NCBI GenBank assembly: GCA_030064845.1
Contig: JASJEC010000024.1
Location: 1,102-65,101 of the forward strand
Source: Kiloniellales bacterium
GTDB lineage: Bacteria > Pseudomonadota > Alphaproteobacteria > Kiloniellales > JAKSDN01
DNA: 64,000 nucleotides
Direction: 5' to 3'
Part shown: in pieces, positions 16,524 to 27,248 of the stretch
Layout of the letters: every line of letters starts with the position of its first letter
How positions within the stretch are numbered: position 1 is the stretch's first letter
Notes under the pieces: model-generated
The model's input: the letters and a program-made list of their open reading frames with translations, nothing else
What the model was told of the DNA's origin: nothing
The model's database searches: none
Position numbers and translations under genes: made by a program

Positions 16524-17783
16524 CTAGTAATCCGTAAGGCCGCGGCCCTTGGTCCGCGCCAAGTCGGACTCGGCCGGCACTGCCGTTTCCGTGAAATAGC
16601 CCGCCGCCTTCTTGGCCTCGATCTCAACACGGGCATCCACCGGGATCAGGTCCTCGGGGATCGGCACGCGCTCGACGATCTCGATGCCCTGGCGGGTCAG
16701 GGCGTCGTGCTTCATATCGCTCATGGAAACGAAGCGATCGATCCTGGTGACGCCGAGCCAGTGGAGCGCGTCGGGCATGAGTTCCTGAAACCGGACGTCC
16801 TGGACCCCGGCGACGCATTCCGTGCGCTCGAAGTACTGATCGGCCCGGTCGCCGCCCTCCTGGCGCTTGCGCGCGTTGTAGACCAGGAACTTGGTGACCT
16901 CGCCCAGAGCGCGTCCTTCTTTCCGGTTGTAGACGATCAGCCCCGCGCCGCCCTGCTGCGCGATTTCGACGCAGATCTCGATGCCGTGCACGAGATAGGG
17001 CCGGCAGGTGCAGATGTCGGACCCGAAGACGTCCGAGCCGTTGCACTCGTCGTGCACCCGACAGGCCAGCTTGCGGGCCGGATCGGAGATTGCGCCGGGG
17101 TCGCCGAAGCAATAAATCGTCAGCCCGCCGATCGGGGGCAGGAAGACCTGAAGATCGGAGCGGGTCACCAACTCCGGGAACATGCCGCCGGTATGCTCGA
17201 ACAGGCTGCGCCGAAGGTCTTTCTCGCTGACGCCGCAGCGGCGCGCGATCCCCGGCAGATACCACACCGGTTCAATGGCGGCCTTAATGCAGTTTATCTC
17301 GCCGCTCTCGAGCAGCACCCGCCCGTCGGGCTTGAGCCGTTCGCTACGCAGGAGCTCCTTCATCTCGGGAACCGTCAGGCGGGCCCGCGTGACGGCGATG
17401 GTCGGGCGGATGTCCTGACCCTGATCGATCAGATCCTTGAACACCTCGCCGGCGAGATGGCCGAAGGGGTCGAGTGAGACAATCTTGTCGGCGTCGGACC
17501 ACTGCGGGTGGGGGCCGATGGTCTCGGTGGGCGCGGTGTTGGTCAGATCCGCCTTGTGCAGGGGATCGAGGCTCCCGGCGGCGATCGCCAGCGCCCGATA
17601 AAGCGCGTAGGAGCCCGCGTGGGCGCCGATCACGTTGCGCTGCCCCGGATTGGTCAGGGAACCGATCACCGGCCCGCGGGCCTTGGGATCGGCGGAGGCC
17701 CAGGTGATCGGCACCGGCTTCTGGCCACCGCCCGGGTGGGAGGTGAGAACGATGTGCTTACTTGGGCGTTTCGATCCGGTCAT
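16524..17783 (-). CDS. URC1-like protein with a GTP cyclohydrolase II (RibA-like) domain
   Basis: The C-terminal half is RibA-like: RVHDECNGSDVFGSDICTCRPYL (Cys-x-Cys zinc site), NRKEGRALG, and the ..IVERVPIP tail. There is an N-terminal extra domain of about 200 aa. Start trimmed to ATG 17783 (MTGSKRPS..) with GAGG upstream. Confidence 0.8.
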   Translation of the reverse strand: MTGSKRPSKHIVLTSHPGGGQKPVPITWASADPKARGPVIGSLTNPGQRNVIGAHAGSYALYRALAIAAGSLDPLHKADLTNTAPTETIGPHPQWSDADKIVSLDPFGHLAGEVFKDLIDQGQDIRPTIAVTRARLTVPEMKELLRSERLKPDGRVLLESGEINCIKAAIEPVWYLPGIARRCGVSEKDLRRSLFEHTGGMFPELVTRSDLQVFLPPIGGLTIYCFGDPGAISDPARKLACRVHDECNGSDVFGSDICTCRPYLVHGIEICVEIAQQGGAGLIVYNRKEGRALGEVTKFLVYNARKRQEGGDRADQYFERTECVAGVQDVRFQELMPDALHWLGVTRIDRFVSMSDMKHDALTRQGIEIVERVPIPEDLIPVDARVEIEAKKAAGYFTETAVPAESDLARTKGRGLTDY

Positions 17784-18036
17784 CTCAAGCCTCACGGGGC
17801 TCCAGCCGAATGGCGATGCCACGCGCAGTAGTAGCGCGCCTTTGTTACTGAATTCCGAGCGTTTGCCAACTTCCTTACCGAAGACGCTGATTCTTCCCAC
17901 AAAGCCGCCCGCTCGACAATGCGGAGCCGGCGCCGCCGCGCCGACCGGCGACAGGCCGCTCGCCCGGCCCTATAATCTCTGGCGGGGCTCCGGGGCGAAG
18001 CGGCTGCGAACCGACAAGAATTGGGGTCAAAGACCA

Positions 18037-19356
18037 ATGACGATCGAGACGACGACCAGCGCAGGCCGGGACGGCCTTGCGACCCACGAACGCCCCGCGC
18101 CCCACGTCTGGCTGGTGCTTTCCCTGCAGCACCTCTTCGCCATGTTCGGGGCTACCATCCTGGTGCCGATCCTGACCGGGCTCAGTCCCGCGGTGGCCCT
18201 GGTCAGCAGCGGGCTCGGCACCCTGCTCTACATGGCGGTCACGGGTTTCCGGATCCCGGTCTACCTCGGGTCCTCCTTCGCCTTCATCGCGCCGATTGTC
18301 GCGGGGGCCCAGATGGCGGGCGTCGCCGGCGCCATGTTCGGCGCGTTCTGCGCGGGCTTGGTCTATCTCGTGGTCGCCGTCCTGATCCAGCTGTTCGGCG
18401 TGCGCTGGCTGTTGCGCCTGCTGCCGCCGATCGTCGTCGGGCCGGTCATCATGGTGATCGGCCTCGGGCTGGCGAGCGTCGCCATCGGCATGGCCACCAA
18501 CACCGCGGGCGGTGGAGCTTACAGCCTGGGACACTTCGTCCTGGCGCTCTTCACGCTCGCCTGCGTCCTGGCCTTCTCCATTGTGCTGAGGGGCTTTTTC
18601 ACCGTCGTGCCGATCCTCCTCGGCATCATCTGCGGCTACCTGGTCGGCCTGGTCTTCGGCTTCGTCGACTTCGGACCGGTCGCCGCCGCCCCGTTCTTCG
18701 CGGTGCCCGACTTCGTGGCCCTGTTCTCCGGCCTGACCGCCGCGACCGGTGGGATTCCCTGGGAAGTCCTTCCCCTTCTGGTGCCGGTCGCGATCGTGAC
18801 GATCGCCGAGCACATCGGCGATCAGGTGGTGGTGAGCCGCGTTGTCGGGCGCAACTTCCTGGTCAAGCCGGGCCTCCAGCGGTCGCTGCTCGGCGACGGC
18901 CTAGCGACCATGCTGGCCTCCCTGCTCGGCGGACCGCCCAACACGACCTACGGCGAGAACATCGGCGTACTGGCGATCACCCGCATCTTCAGCGTCTGGG
19001 TGGTCGCGGGCGCGGCGGTCCTGGCGATGCTGCTGGGCTTCGTCGGCTCGGTCGCCGCCTTCATCGGATCGATCCCGATGGCCGTGATGGGCGGCGTCGC
19101 CATTGCGCTGTTCGGTGTGATCGCGGCATCTGGTCTGCGGACCATGATCGAGGGCAAGGTCGATTTCGGCGAGAAGCGCAACCTCTTGATCGCTTCGGTC
19201 ATCCTGGTGATCGGGATCGGCGGCGCGACCCTCAAGCTGGGCGACTTCGCCGAGGTCTCCAGCATGGCCCTGGCGGCCATCATAGGTATCGTCCTGCACG
19301 CCGTCCTGCCCGGCAAGGAAACCGCCGGCGACACCGGCGCCATTCTCGGCGACTAG
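18037..19356 (+). CDS. NCS2-family nucleobase (uracil/xanthine) permease
   Basis: LSLQHLFAMFGATILVPILTG and ..TTYGENIGVLAITR.. are NCS2 signature regions, with many TM segments. Start trimmed to ATG 18037 (MTIETTT..). Confidence 0.9.
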   Translation: MTIETTTSAGRDGLATHERPAPHVWLVLSLQHLFAMFGATILVPILTGLSPAVALVSSGLGTLLYMAVTGFRIPVYLGSSFAFIAPIVAGAQMAGVAGAMFGAFCAGLVYLVVAVLIQLFGVRWLLRLLPPIVVGPVIMVIGLGLASVAIGMATNTAGGGAYSLGHFVLALFTLACVLAFSIVLRGFFTVVPILLGIICGYLVGLVFGFVDFGPVAAAPFFAVPDFVALFSGLTAATGGIPWEVLPLLVPVAIVTIAEHIGDQVVVSRVVGRNFLVKPGLQRSLLGDGLATMLASLLGGPPNTTYGENIGVLAITRIFSVWVVAGAAVLAMLLGFVGSVAAFIGSIPMAVMGGVAIALFGVIAASGLRTMIEGKVDFGEKRNLLIASVILVIGIGGATLKLGDFAEVSSMALAAIIGIVLHAVLPGKETAGDTGAILGD

Positions 19357-19380
19357 TCGCAAGAGGGCTTGGCCGGTTTC

Positions 19381-20394
19381 CTAGTTCGACCGGTATTCCT
19401 CCGGCAACAGCAAGACGTTGTCCTGCTCCGGCGTGACCGACTGGTGGCAACCGATGCAGAACTGAACCTTCTGCGCGCCTTTGCCCTTGGTCGTCCCGAA
19501 GACCGAGCCGTTCGGCATGACCATGGTGTAGCGCCAGTCGTCGCTCTCGGCATTGAAGCCGGCGCGCATCTTCTCCATGACGAACAAGGGGCCGATGGCG
19601 ACCTGGCCGTTGCCCTTTACCTGGAAGCTGTCCTTGGCGAGAACGGCGCCGGGCCGGAAGGTGCCCGCGTTCTCGAAGAGCCCATAGTTGCGCGCCTGGT
19701 CGTTCGCGAAGTTCTGGACGTAGCGGCTGCCGTGTGTCGCCGATACGTAGGGCTGCGTGCTGTAGCGCCGGAAAGAGGCGTAGCTGACGGCGTTGCGGTC
19801 GTTCGACTTTGCGTAGGCGGCCCGCATGTCCCCGATCAGGCAGTCGTAGGCGGCCACGGCTTCGGCCGTGGTGAGTTCCGCCGGTTCGCCCGCCGCGCAG
19901 GGATTGCACGGGCTGCATGGACTGCCCGCCGCACAGGGGCTGCAGGGGTTGGCCGTTGCGCAAGGATTGCACGGATTGCAGGCCGCTGCCGCGCAGGGGT
20001 TGGCCGCCGCGCAGGGATTGCACGGATTGCAGGCTGCTGCCGCGCAGGGATTGCAGGGGTTGGACAGGGCCGCCGTGCGAAGCCGTGGAACGGCGCACTT
20101 CAGGCTGGCCTGCCCGCCTCCGGCGGCACAAGGATTGCAGGGGTTGCAGGCGGCGGCGCAGGGGTTGCAGGGATTGCCGGCAGCACAGGGGTTGCACGGG
20201 TTTGCCGCCGCGCAGGGGTTGCAGGCCGCGGCGGCGCTGGGATTGCTCTTCTTCACGGCGCAGGGGTTGCAGGCCGCCCGTGCGGGTGGCGCGGCCACCT
20301 CCGGGGCGACCGCCATGCCCGCGACGGCGACACCGGCCATCATGACGAAGGGCACCACCGTGGACGAAAGCAGTTTGCTCTTCCTCGACTGCAT
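19381..20394 (-). CDS. secreted Cys-rich [N/S]PC-repeat protein with a C-terminal cytochrome P460-like domain
   Basis: Signal-peptide-like [30 protein letters not shown], followed by about 130 aa of [14 protein letters not shown] repeats. The C-terminal roughly 160 aa contain ..[38 protein letters not shown] (CXXCH), which matches the cytochrome P460 family layout from memory. Confidence 0.8.
   Translation of the reverse strand: MQSRKSKLLSSTVVPFVMMAGVAVAGMAVAPEVAAPPARAACNPCAVKKSNPSAAAACNPCAAANPCNPCAAGNPCNPCAAACNPCNPCAAGGGQASLKCAVPRLRTAALSNPCNPCAAAACNPCNPCAAANPCAAAACNPCNPCATANPCSPCAAGSPCSPCNPCAAGEPAELTTAEAVAAYDCLIGDMRAAYAKSNDRNAVSYASFRRYSTQPYVSATHGSRYVQNFANDQARNYGLFENAGTFRPGAVLAKDSFQVKGNGQVAIGPLFVMEKMRAGFNAESDDWRYTMVMPNGSVFGTTKGKGAQKVQFCIGCHQSVTPEQDNVLLLPEEYRSN
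19891..20274 (-). repeat. in-frame tandem 9/18-nt coding repeats (GCAGGGGTTGCA / GCACGGATTGCA type) encoding about 20 [N/S]-P-C tripeptides
   Basis: Direct reading of the DNA and its translation. The repeat block is interrupted once by the unique segment [19 protein letters not shown]. Confidence 0.9.
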
Positions 20395-20619
20395 CTCAAC
20401 TTCTCCTGTCGCAGCTCCCCCCAATCGGGCAGCCGAAGTATGGCAGCCGCCGGCCGCACGTCGGGATCACTTGCGATCACAAGCGTTTGAAAGGGTTCGA
20501 GGAGGCCAGCGGTGTCCCTGGAACGCGCGGAGGTGAGCGTTCGACGAATCCTCCCGGATTCAGCGCCGCTTCGGTTCGAAAAAGCTTGATTTCAGCCGGA
20601 AAACCGATATCTACGAAAC

Positions 20620-20636
20620 CATACCAATTCGGTATG
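20620..20636. promoter_or_regulatory. inverted repeat CATACC-AATTC-GGTATG just upstream of the Rrf2 gene (candidate operator)
   Basis: 6-bp perfect arms read directly. It overlaps a TATGAT -10-like hexamer (20633-20638) and ends 15 nt before the ATG at 20652. Confidence 0.35.
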
Positions 20637-20651
20637 ATTTAAGGAACGCCA

Positions 20652-21113
20652 ATGCTTCGTCTCAATCGCTTGACCGACTATGCGGTGGTGGTGATGGCAC
20701 AGATGGCTCGGCCCGGCAACCGGGTTCGGACCGCTCAGCAGATCGCCCAAGAAACCGGGGTGCCTCTGCCCACTGTCTCGAAGCTGATGAACGCTCTGGC
20801 GCGGGATTCCCTGGTTGCCTCCCAGCGCGGCGCCGCGGGCGGCTACACCCTCTCCCGCCCGGCCGACGAGATCACCGTGGCGCAGATCATTCAGGCCCTG
20901 GAAGGCCCGATCGCGCTGACCGCTTGCGTGGACGGGAGCAACGGCCACTGCGACGTCGCGTCGCTCTGCCCGATGCGCGGCAATTGGGACAAGGTCAACA
21001 AGGCGATCCAAAACGCTCTGTCACAGGTAACACTGGAGGACATGTCGACACCCGGCATGGTGTTCGACGAGGTCGAGAAGGGCGCGCCCTGCGGCGTGAC
21101 CAACGCGCACTAG
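20652..21113 (+). CDS. Rrf2-family transcriptional regulator (SUF/IscR-type Fe-S regulator)
   Basis: N-terminal wHTH ([38 protein letters not shown]) and a three-Cys cluster, [19 protein letters not shown]. It heads the suf operon. Confidence 0.9.
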   Translation: MLRLNRLTDYAVVVMAQMARPGNRVRTAQQIAQETGVPLPTVSKLMNALARDSLVASQRGAAGGYTLSRPADEITVAQIIQALEGPIALTACVDGSNGHCDVASLCPMRGNWDKVNKAIQNALSQVTLEDMSTPGMVFDEVEKGAPCGVTNAH

Positions 21114-21154
21114 ACGCTGCGCTTCAGGCAAATACGCAAGGAGTAGAGGACGGC

Positions 21155-22606
<1,452 letters not shown>

Positions 22607-22643
22607 GGCCGACCGAGACGAACTGAGAAGGACGAAAAGTTCT

Positions 22644-23402
22644 ATGCTTGAGATCAAGAATTTGCAGGTCACCGTCGAGGGCAAGGAAATCCTGAAGGGC
22701 ATCGACCTGAAGATCGCGCCCGGCGAAGTCCACGCCATCATGGGCCCGAACGGCTCGGGCAAGTCGACGCTCTCCTACGTGCTGGCAGGACGGGAAGGCT
22801 ACGAGGTGACCGGCGGCGAGGTGCTCTACAAGGGCAAGGACCTGCTCGGCCTCGATCCGGAGGAGCGGGCGGCCGAAGGCGTGTTCCTCGCCTTTCAGTA
22901 TCCGGTGGAGATCCCGGGCGTCGCCAACACGACCTTCCTCAAGGAAGCGGTCAACGCGGTGCGCCGCCACCGCGGCGAGAGCGAACTCGACGCCATGCAG
23001 TTCCTCAAGGTCATGCGCGCCAAGGTCAAGGAGCTCGGCATCGCCGACGACATGCTGAAGCGGGCGGTCAACGTCGGCTTCTCCGGCGGCGAGAAGAAGC
23101 GCAACGAAATGCTCCAGATGGCCATGCTCGAGCCGAGCCTGGCCGTCCTCGACGAGACCGACAGCGGCCTCGACATCGACGCCCTGAAAACCGTTTCGGA
23201 CGGCGTGAACGCGCTGCGCGGCCCTGAGCGTGCCATGCTGGTGATCACCCACTACAACCGGCTGCTGGAGTACATCGTGCCCGACCATGTGCACGTTCTG
23301 GCCGGCGGCCGGATTCAACGCTCCGGCGGAAAGGAGCTGGCGCGGGAGCTCGAACAGAAGGGCTACGCCGAGTTCGTGCCGAGCGACGAGGTGGCTGCAT
23401 GA
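22644..23402 (+). CDS. sufC: Fe-S cluster assembly ATPase SufC
   Basis: MLEIKNLQV.., GPNGSGKST Walker A, FSGGEKKR signature, LAVLDETDSGLD Walker B. Confidence 0.96.
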   Translation: MLEIKNLQVTVEGKEILKGIDLKIAPGEVHAIMGPNGSGKSTLSYVLAGREGYEVTGGEVLYKGKDLLGLDPEERAAEGVFLAFQYPVEIPGVANTTFLKEAVNAVRRHRGESELDAMQFLKVMRAKVKELGIADDMLKRAVNVGFSGGEKKRNEMLQMAMLEPSLAVLDETDSGLDIDALKTVSDGVNALRGPERAMLVITHYNRLLEYIVPDHVHVLAGGRIQRSGGKELARELEQKGYAEFVPSDEVAA

Positions 23403-24709
23403 CCGCGCCTTCCGCCCTGCCCTACACCGAGCAGTACAGCGCGCTGAAGGGCGCGCTGCCGGGTGGAGATCTGCCCTGGTTGGCCGATCTGCGCGAGGCC
23501 GGAATAGGCGCCTTCCGTGCGACCGGTCTGCCGAACCCCAAGATGGAGGCCTGGAAGTACACCAACCTCCGGCCCCTGGAAAAGCTCGCCTTCACGCCGG
23601 CCGCGACCGACCGGCCCGGACCGGACCGGCTCCCATCGCTGCTGCCGGCCGGGGCGAGCAACCACCGCCTGGTCTTCGTCAACGGCCGCTTCCGACCCGA
23701 CCTCTCCATGGTGACCCGCCTGCCCCTGGGCGTGCGCCTTGGCAGCCTGGCCGACCACCTGCGCGACGGCGGCGGCTCGGTCGAGGAGTTTCTCGGCCAG
23801 CTGGGTTCCGAGGCGGATCAGCCGCTCTTAGACCTGAACACCGCCATGATGCAGGACGGCCTGGTCCTGAGGGTCGGGCGCGGCGTCGCCATCGACTCCC
23901 CGATCGAGGTAATCTACCTCTCGGACAGCGACCAAGGCGCCGTTTCCCACCACCCGCGGAACCTCATCGTGCTCGAGGAAGACAGCAAGGCCGTCTTGAT
24001 CGAGCACTTCGTCAGCGCGGGCAAGGCCCCCAGCCTCGCCAACATCGCGACGGAGATCTCGCTCGGTCGGGGCTCCCTGCTGCATCACTACAAGATGCAG
24101 GCCGAGGGCCCCGAGGCCTTTCATCTCTCGACCGTGAACGGCGTGGTCGGCCGGGATGCCCACTACGACGGCTTTGCCATGGCCCTGGGAGCGCGTCTCT
24201 CGCGCAACGAGGTGTCGCTGCGCCTAACCGGCGAGGGTGCGCGCTGCCACCTCAACGGCGCCTACATGATGCGCGGCACCCAGCACTGCGACAACACGAC
24301 GGTTATCGAGCACTGCGTTCCCCACACCTCCTGCCGCGAGGTGTTCAAGGGCGTGCTGGACGACGAAGCCCGCGCCGTCTTCCAGGGCCGCATTGTGGTG
24401 CATCCCGGCGCCCAGCAGACCGACGGTCACCAGCTCAGCAAGGCCATGCTGCTGTCCGACCGGGCCGAGATCGACGCCAAGCCGGAATTGGAGATCTACG
24501 CCGACGACGTCAAATGCTCCCACGGGGCCACGGCCGGCGATCTGGACCACGACGCGCTGTTCTACCTGCGGGCCCGCGGCCTGCCGGAGGCACGGGCGCG
24601 CGCGCTCTTGATCGAGGCCTTCTTGACCGAGGCGGTCGAGGCGATCGCCGCTGAGGACCTCTGCCCGGCCTTTTTGGCGAGCATCGCAGACTGGCTCAAG
24701 GCCGAGTGA
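23399..24709 (+). CDS. sufD: Fe-S cluster assembly protein SufD
   Basis: 436 aa with an ATGA overlap with sufC. The C-terminal region is SufB/D-like (..ELEIYADDVKCSHGATAGDLD..LFYLRARGL..). Confidence 0.92.
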   Translation: MTAPSALPYTEQYSALKGALPGGDLPWLADLREAGIGAFRATGLPNPKMEAWKYTNLRPLEKLAFTPAATDRPGPDRLPSLLPAGASNHRLVFVNGRFRPDLSMVTRLPLGVRLGSLADHLRDGGGSVEEFLGQLGSEADQPLLDLNTAMMQDGLVLRVGRGVAIDSPIEVIYLSDSDQGAVSHHPRNLIVLEEDSKAVLIEHFVSAGKAPSLANIATEISLGRGSLLHHYKMQAEGPEAFHLSTVNGVVGRDAHYDGFAMALGARLSRNEVSLRLTGEGARCHLNGAYMMRGTQHCDNTTVIEHCVPHTSCREVFKGVLDDEARAVFQGRIVVHPGAQQTDGHQLSKAMLLSDRAEIDAKPELEIYADDVKCSHGATAGDLDHDALFYLRARGLPEARARALLIEAFLTEAVEAIAAEDLCPAFLASIADWLKAE

Positions 24710-24719
24710 GGAGGCCGGA

Positions 24720-25973
24720 ATGAACGAAGTCGTCTCATTGGCGAGAGAGCAAGCCGACGGCTACGACGTCGAGCGTATCAGGGCGGACTTCCCGATCCTG
24801 AGCCAGGAAGTCTACGGCAAGCCGCTGGTGTTCCTGGACAGCGGGGCCAGCGCGCAGAAGCCCACCGCGGTCATGGACGCGATGCAGGCGGTTATGACCG
24901 AGGGCTACGCGAACGTCCACCGCGGCGTCTACAACTTCAGCCAGAACCTCTCGGAGCGCTTCGAAGGCGTGCGCGGCACCGTCGCCCGCTTCATCAACGC
25001 CGCCTCGGACAACGAGATCGTGTTCACCCGTAACGCCACCGAGGCCTTCAATCTGCTGGCCCACAGCCTCGGCCAGAGCCTTTCGGCGGGCGACGAGGTC
25101 GTGATCTCCGAGATGGAGCACCACGCCAACATCGTGCCCTGGCAGCTGCTGCGCGACCGCAAGGGCATCGTCATCAAAGTCGCGCCGATCACCGACGACG
25201 GCGCGCTCAGGCTCGACGCCCTGGCCGAGCTGATCGGACCACGCACCAAGCTGGTGTCGATCGTCCACGTCTCCAACGTGCTCGGCACGGTAAATCCGAT
25301 CAAGAAGATCGCCGAGCTTGCCCACGCACAGGGCGCGCTCATGCTGGTCGACGGCACCCAGGCCGTGGTCCATTCCCACGTGGACGTCCAGGACCTCGAC
25401 GCCGACTTCTACGTCTTCACCGGCCACAAGCTCTACGGACCGAACGCGATCGGCGTGCTCTACGGCAAGATGGCGCTGCTCGAGGCCCTGCCGCCCTTCC
25501 TGGGCGGTGGCGACATGATCCGCTCGGTCACCTTCGAAAAGTCGACCTTCGCCCCGCCGCCCCACCGTTTCGAGGCCGGAACGCCGCCGATCGTCGAGGT
25601 GATCGGCCTAGGCGCGGCGATCGACTACGTCTCCGCGATCGGCATGGAGCGGATTGCGGCGCACGAGTCGAAACTGCTGCAGCGCGCAACCCAGAAGCTC
25701 TCGGCCATCGAAGGCCTGAGAATCTATGGCACCCAGCCCGGCAAGTGCGGCATTGTCTCCTTCACTCTGGACGGTGCACACGCCCACGACCTAGGCACCA
25801 TCGTCGACCGGGAGGGCGTGGCGGTTCGGGTAGGGCACCACTGCGCCATGCCGCTGATGCAACGCCTCGGCGTCGCGGCGACGGCGCGGGCGTCCTTCGG
25901 CCTTTACAACACGCTCGACGAGGTCGACGCTCTGGCCGGGTCCTTGGAAAAGGTGAAAGAGATCTTCGGCTGA
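24720..25973 (+). CDS. sufS: cysteine desulfurase SufS (class V aminotransferase fold)
   Basis: FLDSGASAQKP, FTGHKLYGP (PLP Lys), RVGHHCAMP (catalytic Cys). Confidence 0.95.
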   Translation: MNEVVSLAREQADGYDVERIRADFPILSQEVYGKPLVFLDSGASAQKPTAVMDAMQAVMTEGYANVHRGVYNFSQNLSERFEGVRGTVARFINAASDNEIVFTRNATEAFNLLAHSLGQSLSAGDEVVISEMEHHANIVPWQLLRDRKGIVIKVAPITDDGALRLDALAELIGPRTKLVSIVHVSNVLGTVNPIKKIAELAHAQGALMLVDGTQAVVHSHVDVQDLDADFYVFTGHKLYGPNAIGVLYGKMALLEALPPFLGGGDMIRSVTFEKSTFAPPPHRFEAGTPPIVEVIGLGAAIDYVSAIGMERIAAHESKLLQRATQKLSAIEGLRIYGTQPGKCGIVSFTLDGAHAHDLGTIVDREGVAVRVGHHCAMPLMQRLGVAATARASFGLYNTLDEVDALAGSLEKVKEIFG

Positions 25974-26440
25974 TGCTCGACGAACTGCGAGAACTCTACC
26001 AGGAGGTGATCCTGGATCACGGCCGCAATCCGCGGAACCTGGGCCACCCCGAGGGCGCCAACCGCCAGGCGCTGGGCAACAACCCGATCTGCGGCGACAC
26101 GCTTACGGTGTTCTTGACGGTTGACGACCAGGGCATCATCCAGGATGCCGCCTTCGTCGGCCACGGCTGCGCAATCTCGGTCGCATCCGCCTCCTTGATG
26201 ACCGAGATCCTCAAGGGCAAGACGACCGCCGAGGCCCAGGTGCTGTTCGACAGCGTGCACCGCATGTGCACCGAGGAAGACTTCGACCCCGGCTCGGCCG
26301 AGGCGGACGAAGAGGCGCTGGACCGCCTCGCCGTGCTCTCCGGCGTGCGCGAGTTTCCGGTCCGGGTCAAGTGCGCCACCCTCGCCTGGCACACGATGAA
26401 CGCCGCGGTGAAGGGCGAACAAGAGGTCACGACGGAATAG
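25973..26440 (+). CDS. sufU: SufU / NifU-like sulfur-transfer protein
   Basis: MLDELRELYQEVILDHGRNPRN, NPICGD and GHGCAIS Cys ligands, and C-terminal VKCATLAW. The start ATG (25973) overlaps the sufS stop. Confidence 0.88.
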   Translation: MLDELRELYQEVILDHGRNPRNLGHPEGANRQALGNNPICGDTLTVFLTVDDQGIIQDAAFVGHGCAISVASASLMTEILKGKTTAEAQVLFDSVHRMCTEEDFDPGSAEADEEALDRLAVLSGVREFPVRVKCATLAWHTMNAAVKGEQEVTTE

Positions 26441-26442
26441 CC

Positions 26443-26841
26443 ATGATGGATCAACGCCCCTATCCCTACCCGCCGGGCTTCGATCAGCCCGACGAGTTCG
26501 AGGCGACCGCCGGCGAGCCGCTGCCGGAGGGCAGCACTGTCGCCAACGAGGTGGAGATCATCGAGGCGCTCCATACGGTTTACGATCCCGAGATCCCGGT
26601 GGACATCTACGAACTGGGGCTGATCTACGAGCTGGATATCGCGCCCTCGGGAGACGTGAAGGTTCTCATGTCGCTGACCGCGCCGGGCTGCCCGGTGGCC
26701 GGCGAGATGCCCGGCGAGGTGGCCGAAACGGTGGCCAAGGTTCAGGGGACGGGGCGTGTCACGGTGCGTCTCGTATGGGACCCGCCCTGGACCCCGGAGC
26801 GGATGAGCGAGGACGCCAGGCTCGCCCTGGGGATGATCTGA
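26443..26841 (+). CDS. sufT: DUF59-family Fe-S assembly protein (SufT/PaaD-like)
   Basis: ..IIEALHTVYDPEIPVDIYELGLIY..LMSLTAPGCP... Start trimmed to ATG 26443. Confidence 0.85.
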   Translation: MMDQRPYPYPPGFDQPDEFEATAGEPLPEGSTVANEVEIIEALHTVYDPEIPVDIYELGLIYELDIAPSGDVKVLMSLTAPGCPVAGEMPGEVAETVAKVQGTGRVTVRLVWDPPWTPERMSEDARLALGMI

Positions 26842-26894
26842 GCCTAGAGCGCGCTTATATTGGCCTTAAGGAACACGGAGCTAGAGTAACCGCC

Positions 26895-27230
26895 ATGGTC
26901 GCACCGATGATTACCCTGACCGATATCGCCGCCGAGCGCGCTCGGGCGCTGATGGAGAAGAGCGACACGCCCGTGATCGGGTTGCGCGTCGGGGTGAAGA
27001 GCCGTGGGTGCTCCGGGCTCAGCTACTTCGTCGAGTACGCCGAGGAGCAGAAGAAGTTCGAGGACGTGGTCGAGGACAAGGGGGTCAAGATCTTCATCGA
27101 TCCCACGGCCGTCATGTTCCTGATCGGCAGCGAGATGGACTACGTCGAGGAGCAGTTCCAGACCGGCTTCGTGTTCAAGAACCCCAACGAGAAGGGCCGC
27201 TGCGGCTGCGGCGAGAGCTTCCACATCTGA
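26895..27230 (+). CDS. sufA: A-type Fe-S carrier (SufA/IscA/ErpA, HesB family)
   Basis: ..GLRVGVKSRGCSGLSY..FKNPNEKGRCGCGESFHI with a C-x..-CGC ligand pattern. Start trimmed to ATG 26895. Confidence 0.92.
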   Translation: MVAPMITLTDIAAERARALMEKSDTPVIGLRVGVKSRGCSGLSYFVEYAEEQKKFEDVVEDKGVKIFIDPTAVMFLIGSEMDYVEEQFQTGFVFKNPNEKGRCGCGESFHI

Positions 27231-27248
27231 CGGCGGGCGCGACGCCAC

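Noticed and set aside
19891-20274. Possible CRISPR-like or satellite array
   Set aside because: The units are 9-18 nt, contiguous with no spacers, in frame and inside a continuous ORF. This is a coding tandem repeat, not a CRISPR array.
19868-20536. Plus-strand ORFs translating to AAQGLHGLQ-type repeats
   Set aside because: They are the antisense reading of the NPC-repeat coding DNA. The minus-strand frame gives a coherent protein with a signal peptide, the repeats and a CXXCH domain.
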